In this document: positions 18,463 to 26,517 of the stretch, piece by piece
How positions within the stretch are numbered: the first letter of the stretch is position 1
Layout of the letters: every line of letters begins with the position of its first letter
Assembly (NCBI GenBank): GCA_031409275.1
Contig: JANNXA010000044.1
Location: 45,830 to 109,829 of the forward strand
Origin: Planctomycetota bacterium
GTDB taxonomy: Bacteria; Planctomycetota; B15-G4; SIAN01
Length of the DNA stretch: 64,000 bases
Reading direction: 5' to 3'
Made by a program: the position numbers and the translations under genes
The notes under the pieces: generated by a model
Told to the model about the DNA's origin: nothing
Databases searched by the model: none
What the model saw: only the letters and a program-made list of their open reading frames with translations

Positions 18463-21360
18463 TCAATCGTTCAGTTCGAGCAAACAGCTGCGCTCGATGC
18501 GTCGTGCATCGGGCCTTCGCGCGGCTCGCGCGGCCGCTGCTGCCCAAGTGAGCGGCGCCACGCGGCGAAGCGCGCGCTGCCCGACTCGCCGCAGCGCCGC
18601 GCGCCGCCACCACGCCACGGCCAGCAGCGCCGCCAGCCACGGCATCCCGAGCAGCGCGACCAGCGGAGCAACGGTGAGCCGCAGCAGCGCGAGCACGCGC
18701 GGGTGCGATTCGAACCACGGCACGGCGCGCGCCGACCAGTCGTAGTAGGCGCGCGTGAAGCGGTGGCCGGCGTCGAAGCGGTTCAGCACGCCATCGCGCA
18801 GCCCGCGCAGCAGGTCGAGCCCGCGCTCGGCGCCGGGAGTGCCTCCGACCACGTGCACCAGCGCGCAGGGAAAGCTCCCGCCGCCGCCGCCGCCGCCACC
18901 GCCGCCGCCCGTGTCGTAGTCCGGCATGCCGTCGGTGCCATCCGTCACGCTGACGATGAGCTGCTCCAGCAACGGCTCGAGGCTGACGGCGGGATCGCTC
19001 ACGGAAAGCACGATGGTGAAGTCGGCGGCGACGCCCGCAAGAGAGGCCGTCGCCGACACCAACTGCCTTCCCGGCGGGAAGATCACCTCGCCGAAGTCGA
19101 GCGTGGCTTGCGTCGCCGCATCGCGCAGCTCCCACGACACATTCGCCGTGGCCGCATGGTCGTGGAGGCGCTGCACGAAGAACGCGTAGGCGCCGCCCGC
19201 CGTCGCGACGTCGAGCGCGTCGGTGACCAGCACATGGCCCACGGTCGCGAACGGCGGCGTGGGCGCGAAGTCGAGCCGCGTCACGAACGGGTCGAGTTCG
19301 TCGGGGGCGCCGAGGTAGGCGAGCGGACCCGTCGCGCGATGGGCCAGCAAGCGTCCTCGGCCACCCGTGCCCCCCGCGACCCACACCGGACCGTCCAGCG
19401 CCGGATCGACCACGATCGCGCGGACCGCGGTCTCCTCGGCGGTCGGCAGCGCCGAGCACCAAGCGAGCTGCGGCGGAACTCCCGCGAGGTCGAACGTGGC
19501 CAGCCATCCGATCTGCTGGCCCGTGTCGATCCCGATGAAGAGCGGGTCGACGAAAGGCAGGTCCTGCGTGGTGGAGAAGCTCCGGTTCTGCGTGATGGAG
19601 AAGCCGGCGAGGAAGAGTTCGCTGCCGCGCGCCGCGACGGCAGTGCCGAAGTCGGAGCCCGAGCCGCCGATCAGTTGCGAGAACTCGACGCCGACCAACA
19701 GCGCGTCGACGACCGCGATGAAACAGTCGACCCGGCCCGCATGGGCGACGCTCGACGGGAAGGTCGCGGCGGACGTGTCGCCGATGACGGCCAGGCGCCC
19801 GTCGTCGAGTTCGCGGATCGCGGCGCCGTGCGACGTCGTACCGGCGCTGCCGGCGATGGAAAGCTTGCCGAGCAGCGTGCCCGAATGGCCGAAGCGCGCG
19901 ACCAGGACGGTGCCGTCGCCGCCTACCTGGCGGCTCGTTCCCGTGACCGCGACATCGTCGCCCGCCATCGTCGTCAACCCGAAGAGTTCGGAGTCTTCGC
20001 CCACGTCGACGAAGGTCGACCAGAGCAGGAAATCGAGCGCGTCGCCAGTCATGCAGACGAAGCCCTCGGTGCCGGAGAAGGCGGAATCGTCCGCGAACTG
20101 CAACGGGAAGTTGGGGGAGCTGGTGGTCCCGCAGGCCACCACCTCGCCGTCGGTGGTGACGCCGATCGAGCGAATCCTGTCGCTGCCGATGCCGCCGAGA
20201 TAGGTCGACGCCAGCAGTTCGAAGTCGGACGCGAAATGCGCGAGGAAGCCGTCCTCGATACCGCCGCCGAAACTCGTCTGTAGGACGAAGGTGGACCCGG
20301 GCGCGAGCTCGATCGGGAGGTCGGTCGACTCGGTCCGCCCGCCGATCACCAGGTCGCCGCTGGGCGACTTGGCCAGACCGGACAGCTCGTCGTCCTGCGA
20401 GCCGCCGAAGAAGGTGAGCTGGCGCACCACGAGCCCGGCGCCGTCGAACAGCGCGAGGAAGCAGTCGCGCGCGCCCGCCGCCGGCTGGAACAGGCCGACC
20501 TCGCCGCGCGGGAAGTCGGTCGCCGCGGCCGTGCCGCCCATCAGGATCCCGTCCGCGTCGACGTGCAGCACGCTCGCCTCGTCGCTGAAGCCATTGCCGC
20601 CGAGGATCGTCGTGAAGCCGACGATCGGATCGATCACCAACGTGCGCGTCGCATCGCGCGGATCGAGCGCGAAGCCGGCGCGCGGTGAGCCGTCGAGCGC
20701 GGGCGGGAGCAGTCGCCACCGCGCCGCGAGGGGCGTCCGCGAGCCGTCGGCCGCACACTCGAAGGTGGCGGGCGGCGCCTGCAGCAGCGGTCCGAACGGC
20801 GTGTCGAGGCGCAGCGTGCCGTCCGGCTCGAGCGCCGCGCCGTGTGCACCATCGATGCGCAGCACGACGCAGTCGGCGTCAGCGCCCGGTTCGACCACGA
20901 AGTCGTACTCGAGCTGCGTACCGCTCGCGTGCCACAAGACGTCGACGCCTGGCCACACGGCGACGGTGCGCAGCTGCGCGAAGGTGGCGACGCCGTGGAT
21001 CCAGCGCGAACGGTCGGCGCCGACGTAGTAGTTGACGCGGGTCGGCTGCGGCTGCTCGCCGACGACGCGCGCCGCGGGATTCGCCCCTTCCAGCACGAAG
21101 CCGATCGGCCGCGCCAACGCGGCTCCGGCAGCCAGTGCCGCTGGAGGCGCCAGCAACACGCGATCGGTCCCCAGCGCCAGCCGCAGCGGCCCGGCGCGCG
21201 CGACGAAGTCGAACTCCGCGCTGCTCTGGCCGCGGTTCTCTTCGAAGAGGAGAGGGAACTTCGGCGTCGCCGACGCGGCGGGCGCTTCCTGTGCGGCTGC
21301 CGCCGGCAGCCCCGCGCCGGACAAAAGGAGCAAGTGGACGAACACCGAAGTGAAACGCAT
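18463..21360 (-). CDS. Secreted SBBP-repeat (beta-propeller) surface protein with a CFI-box-CTERM-like C-terminus
   Basis: RBS AGGAG, signal peptide, 'FEENRGQ', 'LEYDFVVEPGAD', 'LVIDP', repeats 'STYLGGIGSD', 'GTTSSPNFP'; poly-Gly followed by 'CAL...LRGLRD..L...GHRFTRAYY..S'. Confidence 0.85.
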   Translation of the reverse strand: MRFTSVFVHLLLLSGAGLPAAAAQEAPAASATPKFPLLFEENRGQSSAEFDFVARAGPLRLALGTDRVLLAPPAALAAGAALARPIGFVLEGANPAARVVGEQPQPTRVNYYVGADRSRWIHGVATFAQLRTVAVWPGVDVLWHASGTQLEYDFVVEPGADADCVVLRIDGAHGAALEPDGTLRLDTPFGPLLQAPPATFECAADGSRTPLAARWRLLPPALDGSPRAGFALDPRDATRTLVIDPIVGFTTILGGNGFSDEASVLHVDADGILMGGTAAATDFPRGEVGLFQPAAGARDCFLALFDGAGLVVRQLTFFGGSQDDELSGLAKSPSGDLVIGGRTESTDLPIELAPGSTFVLQTSFGGGIEDGFLAHFASDFELLASTYLGGIGSDRIRSIGVTTDGEVVACGTTSSPNFPLQFADDSAFSGTEGFVCMTGDALDFLLWSTFVDVGEDSELFGLTTMAGDDVAVTGTSRQVGGDGTVLVARFGHSGTLLGKLSIAGSAGTTSHGAAIRELDDGRLAVIGDTSAATFPSSVAHAGRVDCFIAVVDALLVGVEFSQLIGGSGSDFGTAVAARGSELFLAGFSITQNRSFSTTQDLPFVDPLFIGIDTGQQIGWLATFDLAGVPPQLAWCSALPTAEETAVRAIVVDPALDGPVWVAGGTGGRGRLLAHRATGPLAYLGAPDELDPFVTRLDFAPTPPFATVGHVLVTDALDVATAGGAYAFFVQRLHDHAATANVSWELRDAATQATLDFGEVIFPPGRQLVSATASLAGVAADFTIVLSVSDPAVSLEPLLEQLIVSVTDGTDGMPDYDTGGGGGGGGGGGSFPCALVHVVGGTPGAERGLDLLRGLRDGVLNRFDAGHRFTRAYYDWSARAVPWFESHPRVLALLRLTVAPLVALLGMPWLAALLAVAWWRRAALRRVGQRALRRVAPLTWAAAAARAARRPDARRIERSCLLELND
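18532..18575 (+). repeat. 44-bp exact direct repeat, right copy
   Basis: Identical to 16857-16900; lies within the 3' end of the minus-strand SBBP gene. Confidence 0.95.
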
Positions 21361-21537
21361 GGTGGATCTCCTGGACGGGCCGACCGTGCGACCGTCCAGC
21401 CCCCCTTCAGTGCAGCGTTCGCGCCGACGCAACACCGAGGGTCGAAATTGCGGCCATCGGGGCGCGGCGCGGCCCCGGCGACGCAGGGCGCGCGGAACGG
21501 ATCGAACACGAACGCGGATCAGGCGAGGAGCGAGGTG

Positions 21538-22137
21538 ATGGGCAGTGCGGGCGAAGGCAACGCAGGCGGGCCGCCGCTCGACGAACTGCTGCGCCGCCAG
21601 TTGCCGCGCCTCGAGGGATTCGTGCGTCGCCGCGCTGGTGCGCTGCTGAAGAAGGAGTCGGGCAGCGATCTGGTCCAGTCAATCTGCCGCGAGGTGCTGG
21701 CCGACCTGCGCGCGCAGAAGCTCGAGTTCCGCGGCGAGACGCCGTTCCAGCGTTGGCTCTATCAGGTCGCGCTGCACAAGCTGCGCGACCGTCGCCGCTA
21801 CTGGGCCGCCGAACAACGCAAGGGCGAGCTGCACGCCGCGCGCGCCGGTAGCGCGGCGGAAGATGCGGCGCGCGCCGCATGGCTCTCGTCGATCGTCTCG
21901 CCGAGCGCCGGGCTCATGCGACAGGAGGAACTCGCCGTGATCGAAGCGTGCTTCGCGCAGCTCGAACCGCGCCACCGCGAAGTGCTGCAGCTGTCGCGCC
22001 TCGAACAGCGCAGCCACGCCGAGATCGCGGCTCGGCTTGGCATCAGCGAGGCGAACTCACGCATGCTGCTGACGCGCGCGCTGACACGCCTCACGACGCT
22101 CGCCCGCGCGCGCCTCCCCGCGAAGGACGACGCGTGA
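21538..22137 (+). CDS. ECF RNA polymerase sigma factor
   Basis: Region 2 'SDLVQSICRE...FQRWLYQVALHKLRD', region 4 'SHAEIAARLGISEANSRMLLTRA'; RBS GAGGAG/GAGGTG. Confidence 0.9.
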   Translation: MGSAGEGNAGGPPLDELLRRQLPRLEGFVRRRAGALLKKESGSDLVQSICREVLADLRAQKLEFRGETPFQRWLYQVALHKLRDRRRYWAAEQRKGELHAARAGSAAEDAARAAWLSSIVSPSAGLMRQEELAVIEACFAQLEPRHREVLQLSRLEQRSHAEIAARLGISEANSRMLLTRALTRLTTLARARLPAKDDA

Positions 22138-24572
22138 CCGAGGCCAGCGATGCCAGCGACCGCGACCGATCGGCACGGCCGCCGCCAAGCGCCATCGAAG
22201 CGCTCTTCGAGGCGTGCCTGAGCCAACCCGAAGCGAGCTGGCCACAGGCGATCGAGGCGGCATGCGTCGCCCATTCCGACCACGCGCGCGAGCTGCGCGA
22301 GCGCTTCGCGTTGCTGCAGCGGCTCGCCTTCGACCGCGACCCGACGGCGACGACGCTGCCCGAGCGGCTTGGCGATTTCGTGCTCGGCCGGCGGCTCGGC
22401 GCGGGCGGCATGGGCATCGTCCACGTCGCGCGCCAGGAGTCGCTCGGTCGCGACGTCGCCCTCAAACTGATCCGACCGGAGAGCCTCTTCTTCGCCGGCG
22501 CGCGCGAGCGCTTCGCCCGCGAGGTCGCGGCCGTCGCTCGCCTCGCGCATCCCGGCGTCGTGCCGATCTACGCCAGCGGCGAAGCGAGCGGTCTGCCCTA
22601 CTTCGCGATGGAACTGGTCGCGGGCTGCACGCTGGCGGAGGCGATCGAAGCGCTGCGCGCGACCGGCCATCGCGACGGCGCTGCGCTGCAAGCGGCGATC
22701 GCGCGGATCACCGCGTTGCGGTTCGCCACGGCCGGCGCGGCGCACGACGCGGCGAGCGAACCCGATGGCGCGCTGACCGGACCGTGGATCCGCGTGATGC
22801 TGCGGCTCGCGCGCGACGTGGCGCGCGCGCTCGAGCATGCGCACGGCCGCGGCGTGCTGCACCGCGACGTGAAGCCGTCGAATCTCCTGGTCGACGCGCG
22901 CGGCCAGGTGCGCCTGATCGACTTCGGCCTCGCCAGCGCCAGCGGGACCAGCAAGCTGACGCGCAGCGGCGCGCAGCTCGGCTCGCTGCCCTACATGTCG
23001 CCTGAACAGCTGCGTGGCGCCGCCGTCGATGCGCGCAGCGATGTCTACGCGCTCGGCGTCACGCTCTACGAGCTGCTGGCGCTGCGCCTGCCCTACTTCG
23101 ACGACGACGCGTCGCGCACGCGCGAGGCGATTCTCGCGGGCGCGCCAGCACCGCTGCGCGAGCAGGTGCCCGGCCTGCCGTGGGACGTCGAGACCGTCTG
23201 CCTCACCGCGATGGAGCGCGACCCGGCGCGCCGCTACGCGAGCGCCGCCGACTTCGCCCGCGACCTCGACCATCTCCTCGCGCTCGAGCCGATCGACGCG
23301 CAGCGCCCGGCGACTGCGTTGCGCGTGCGGCGCTGGATCGAGCGCCACCCGACGCGCAGCGTCGCGCTCGCGCTCGGCTTCCTCCTGGTCGTGGTGGGCC
23401 CGAGCGTCGCGTTCTTCGCGGTGAAGCACCAACGCGACTCGTTCCATCGCGCGGCGATCACGGCGCAGCGCACCACCGGCTTCATGACGCGCCTCTTCAC
23501 CAGCAGCGACCCGTACGCCAACAACGACCCCGACCTGCCGGTGCGCGCGGTGCTGGATCGCGCGCGCGCGGAGCTCGACGAGGAGCTTGCGACGGAGCCG
23601 GAGGTGCAGGCCCGCCTGTCCCATTCGCTGGGCGATGCCTACCTGCAGCTCGGCGTCACCGCGCCGGCCACGGAACTCCTCGCGCAGTCGCTCGCGCTGC
23701 AGCAGGAACACTTCGCGCCGGACAGCTTCTCCATCGCCGCGACGCTGCTGAGCCTCGGCCGCGCGGCCCTGATGGATGGCGACTTCACGATCGCGCGCGC
23801 GTGGCTCGAGGAAGCAGCGGCGATCGCTGGCGAACTCGACGACCCGGCGCCGGCGCACGAGTGGGCGCTCGAGCGCGACGCCGTCTGGTTCGTGCGACTG
23901 GAGGCCGCGCTGGGCGATGTGACCTACGCGAACGGCGATGCGGCCGGCGCCGAGCAGCGCTACCGCAAGGCGCTGGCGTTGGCGCAGCGGACCGGCGCCG
24001 ACTCCGATTGGCCGGCGCGCGTCTGGGTGAGCTTGTCGACGGCGCTGATCGACCTGGGTCGCGTCGACGAGGCGCGCGCCGGGCTCGAGCTGGCGCTGCA
24101 GCTCGCGCGCCGCGTCCAACCGCAAGGCAGCCTCGTCGAGATCGAGCTGTTGTCCAACCGCGGCCACTTGCTGCTACAGGAAGGGCGGTTCGACGAGGTC
24201 GCCGCCACATTGACCGATGCAGTGGCGCGCTGCCGGCCGCTCGTCGGCGCGGGCCATTCGACGTTCGTCACGCTGCTCGGCAACCTCGGGTCGGTCGAAG
24301 CGCGGCGCGGACAGCCGGCCGCGGCGATCGCGCCGCTGACCGAGGCGCTCGACCACTTCAAGCTCACGACCTCGCCGGATGACCCGACGCTCATCGGCTG
24401 GAGCTACCAGCTGGTCACCGCGTTGCGTGACGCGCAGGGCGACGCCGCAGCCGAAGCGTCGGCGAAGGAGCTGCTGCCGGCGCTCGAGCGCGCGGGGCCG
24501 GAGTACGCGAAATGGCTGGCGGAGTGCCGACGGCTCACGACGCTCACCCCAACTCCGCCGCGCGACGACTGA
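22134..24572 (+). CDS. Transmembrane Ser/Thr protein kinase with C-terminal TPR repeats
   Basis: GTGA overlap with the ECF gene; 'GAGGMG', 'VALK', 'HRDVKPSN', 'DFG', 'YMSPE'; TM then TPRs. Confidence 0.93.
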   Translation: MTEASDASDRDRSARPPPSAIEALFEACLSQPEASWPQAIEAACVAHSDHARELRERFALLQRLAFDRDPTATTLPERLGDFVLGRRLGAGGMGIVHVARQESLGRDVALKLIRPESLFFAGARERFAREVAAVARLAHPGVVPIYASGEASGLPYFAMELVAGCTLAEAIEALRATGHRDGAALQAAIARITALRFATAGAAHDAASEPDGALTGPWIRVMLRLARDVARALEHAHGRGVLHRDVKPSNLLVDARGQVRLIDFGLASASGTSKLTRSGAQLGSLPYMSPEQLRGAAVDARSDVYALGVTLYELLALRLPYFDDDASRTREAILAGAPAPLREQVPGLPWDVETVCLTAMERDPARRYASAADFARDLDHLLALEPIDAQRPATALRVRRWIERHPTRSVALALGFLLVVVGPSVAFFAVKHQRDSFHRAAITAQRTTGFMTRLFTSSDPYANNDPDLPVRAVLDRARAELDEELATEPEVQARLSHSLGDAYLQLGVTAPATELLAQSLALQQEHFAPDSFSIAATLLSLGRAALMDGDFTIARAWLEEAAAIAGELDDPAPAHEWALERDAVWFVRLEAALGDVTYANGDAAGAEQRYRKALALAQRTGADSDWPARVWVSLSTALIDLGRVDEARAGLELALQLARRVQPQGSLVEIELLSNRGHLLLQEGRFDEVAATLTDAVARCRPLVGAGHSTFVTLLGNLGSVEARRGQPAAAIAPLTEALDHFKLTTSPDDPTLIGWSYQLVTALRDAQGDAAAEASAKELLPALERAGPEYAKWLAECRRLTTLTPTPPRDD

Positions 24573-25896
24573 GCTGCGAGCGCAGCTCGCCTTGCAGGTC
24601 CGGCGGCACCGCGAAGGCCGCGGCGAACTCCTCCATCCGCGCGACGGTGTCGCGCACGCGCGCGAGGAGCTTCGCGGGGGCGTCGAGCGCGAAGGCGGCG
24701 CCGAGCGCGAGAAGGTCGGAGGCGGTGACGCCTTCGAGCTTGTCCGCGACGCGCATCTGGTGACGCGCGGTGTAGCCGCGGCCGCGCGCGAAGGTGAGGT
24801 CGTAGGCGGGTGCGAGGTGCCATTCGCCGACTCGGTCCATCTGGAACGAGAGGTTCTTGACGTGGTCGTCCTGGTTGACGGCGAGGACGTTGAAGAGGAC
24901 GCGGAGGTACCCCTCCTCCACCGCGGCGTAGGGCAGGCCGAGGGCCAGGATCGTGCGCAGGTACTCCTCGTAGCTGCTGGCGCCCGGCACGTTGTAGTCG
25001 ACGTGCAACAGCCCGCCGAACGTGTGTTGATGGAGCGAGGCGCTCGCGGCGTCACCGGCACGCTCTCGATCGAAGCGCGTGACCAGCAGGTGCGCGAACG
25101 CGCCGTCCTCGAGCAGCTCGACGTCGGCGGTGGTGATACCGGCGGCGCGCGCCATCGCGGTCCACGTCGCCTCGACGCGATGGAACGGGCGCGGCGCGCC
25201 GAGCGCGTCGGGGGTCGCGCCATCGCCGGCGCCATCGAACTTGAGCAGGCAGGCGCGTTCGCCGGCGCGCGGCGACGCGTGGCCGCTACGGATGGTGCGC
25301 GACCCAGGATCGAACAGCACGAGCGCCTTCGGACGCATCCCGCCGGCGGAGGCGCCGACGCGGTAGATCTCGGGGATCGCGACCTGCGGGTCACCCTCGA
25401 TCACGCGCCGCGCGTCGCGCACGAGGCCGGCGAGCTCGAGCGGCTCCTGCTCGGCGGCGCGCAGCGGGAACTCGGTCGCGGGATGGAACGAGAGCGCGCC
25501 GATCGCTCGCTCGCCGACGTAGAGCAGACGCTGCACCGGCGAGAGCGCGCGCTCCGCTTCGCCGCGCGCCGCGAACCAGGCGCGGATCACCTGGTTGCCG
25601 AAGCGATCGGGCAACGCGTCGGCCAGCACGCCTGGCAACCCTTCGAACGCCGGCTGGCGCAGCAGCTCGTCGAAGGCGATCGGGCCGCGGCGGGAGGTCG
25701 GCAGGTGGATCGGCGATGGTTCGAGCCCGCGGCCGCGGAACGAGTCGGCGAACTCGAAGAGCACGCGCCCGCTGTCGAGCTCGGCGACGGCGCCCATCGT
25801 CGCTCCGAACAGGCGGACCTCGCAGAAGGCGCGGACGCCGGGCGGTGGCGCGGTGATGGCTGCCTTGCGGCGGCGCGGCGCGTCCGCCTCAGCCAC
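24544..25896 (-). CDS. hipA: HipA-family toxin kinase
   Basis: HipA N-terminal 'LADALPDRFG', P-loop 'GASAGGMRPKA', 'RFDR', catalytic 'NQDDHVKNLSF', 'LAPAYDL'. Confidence 0.9.
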   Translation of the reverse strand: MAEADAPRRRKAAITAPPPGVRAFCEVRLFGATMGAVAELDSGRVLFEFADSFRGRGLEPSPIHLPTSRRGPIAFDELLRQPAFEGLPGVLADALPDRFGNQVIRAWFAARGEAERALSPVQRLLYVGERAIGALSFHPATEFPLRAAEQEPLELAGLVRDARRVIEGDPQVAIPEIYRVGASAGGMRPKALVLFDPGSRTIRSGHASPRAGERACLLKFDGAGDGATPDALGAPRPFHRVEATWTAMARAAGITTADVELLEDGAFAHLLVTRFDRERAGDAASASLHQHTFGGLLHVDYNVPGASSYEEYLRTILALGLPYAAVEEGYLRVLFNVLAVNQDDHVKNLSFQMDRVGEWHLAPAYDLTFARGRGYTARHQMRVADKLEGVTASDLLALGAAFALDAPAKLLARVRDTVARMEEFAAAFAVPPDLQGELRSQLSRRAAELG

Positions 25897-26191
25897 GGGC
25901 GCCTCGCTTCGGTGGCGCGATCAACGCCATCGGCGACAGCTCGGGCGGCGGCAGGAACGAATCGAGCGCGTCGAGGCGACCGTACGCTCGCAACAGGCGA
26001 ACGAGCGTGAGCAGCGTCGGATTCGCGCCCGCCTCGGCCGCGGCGATCGTCTGCCGCGACAGCCCGGATCGCGCGGCGACTTCGACCAGGGTGCGACGCT
26101 GGCTCTTGCGCAGCGCCGCGAGCCGGTCGCCGAGCGTCTGCATCACTTCGCGGTCGGTGCCGCGATCGGTAGGGCTCGGCGGCGGGGCCAT
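25889..26191 (-). CDS. XRE-family HTH antitoxin (HipB-like)
   Basis: 'LGDRLAALRKSQRRTLVEVAARSGLSRQTIAAAEAG..PTLLTL'; overlaps the hipA start; RBS GGAG. Confidence 0.85.
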   Translation of the reverse strand: MAPPPSPTDRGTDREVMQTLGDRLAALRKSQRRTLVEVAARSGLSRQTIAAAEAGANPTLLTLVRLLRAYGRLDALDSFLPPPELSPMALIAPPKRGARG

Positions 26192-26270
26192 CTCTTCTCC
26201 TGCATCTCGGCGTGGGTGTCCGACGTCGCGCGTCACCGTTCAGCTCGCACACGACCGTGGATCGAGCATC

Positions 26271-26365
26271 TCGTGACGAATGTTCATCTTAATTAACATC
26301 TGATTGATAAAATCGACATTTGGACTACTATAATTACCATTTTATGGTTCGTTATCCAATCACAT
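26271..26365. promoter_or_regulatory. AT-rich promoter/operator region upstream of hipBA
   Basis: Most AT-rich tract seen in the window; inverted repeats ACCAT-TTT-ATGGT and TGATTGATAA...TTATCCAATCA, palindrome TTAATTAA, TATAAT at 26329. Confidence 0.55.
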
Positions 26366-26449
26366 GAGCGCCCCGACTGAGCGCTCGCTGCGACGTCGTT
26401 GGTTCCGGCGTCGGGCGGTTTGCCGCGGGCGCTGGCGGATCGATCCTGG

Positions 26450-26492
26450 AACGAAACGGCCGCGGGTCGCGACCTCGAGGCCGCGACCCGCG
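26450..26492 (-). terminator. Probable intrinsic terminator downstream of hppA
   Basis: 11-bp stem CGCGGGTCGCG/CGCGACCCGCG followed on the minus strand by GCCGTTTCGTT. Confidence 0.55.
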
Positions 26493-26517
26493 CTGCAATC
26501 GAATCTCGATCCGTCGA

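Larger units (their letters stand above)
16857..18575. mobile_element. Putative inserted islet (1631 bp between 44-bp direct repeats), no recombinase gene
   Basis: Exact flanking repeats, visibly lower GC than the flanks, two orphan ORFs. Confidence 0.6.

Noticed and set aside
16857..18575. 44-bp repeats as a CRISPR array
   Set aside because: Only two copies 1.6 kb apart, enclosing genes; no cas genes.
18880..18910. GCC trinucleotide run
   Set aside because: Encodes the poly-Gly linker of the SBBP protein; not a CRISPR or independent repeat.
18394..20758. Upstream part of the 1019-aa ORF 17699..20758, and many other long Arg/Ala-rich ORFs in the track
   Set aside because: Off-frame or antisense shadows of real genes, expected at this GC content; no motifs.
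26322..26360. AT-rich tract as oriC/DUE (NAN trinucleotide run, TTATCCAAT)
   Set aside because: Single 7/9 DnaA-box match, over 30 kb from dnaA, and better explained as the hipBA control region.
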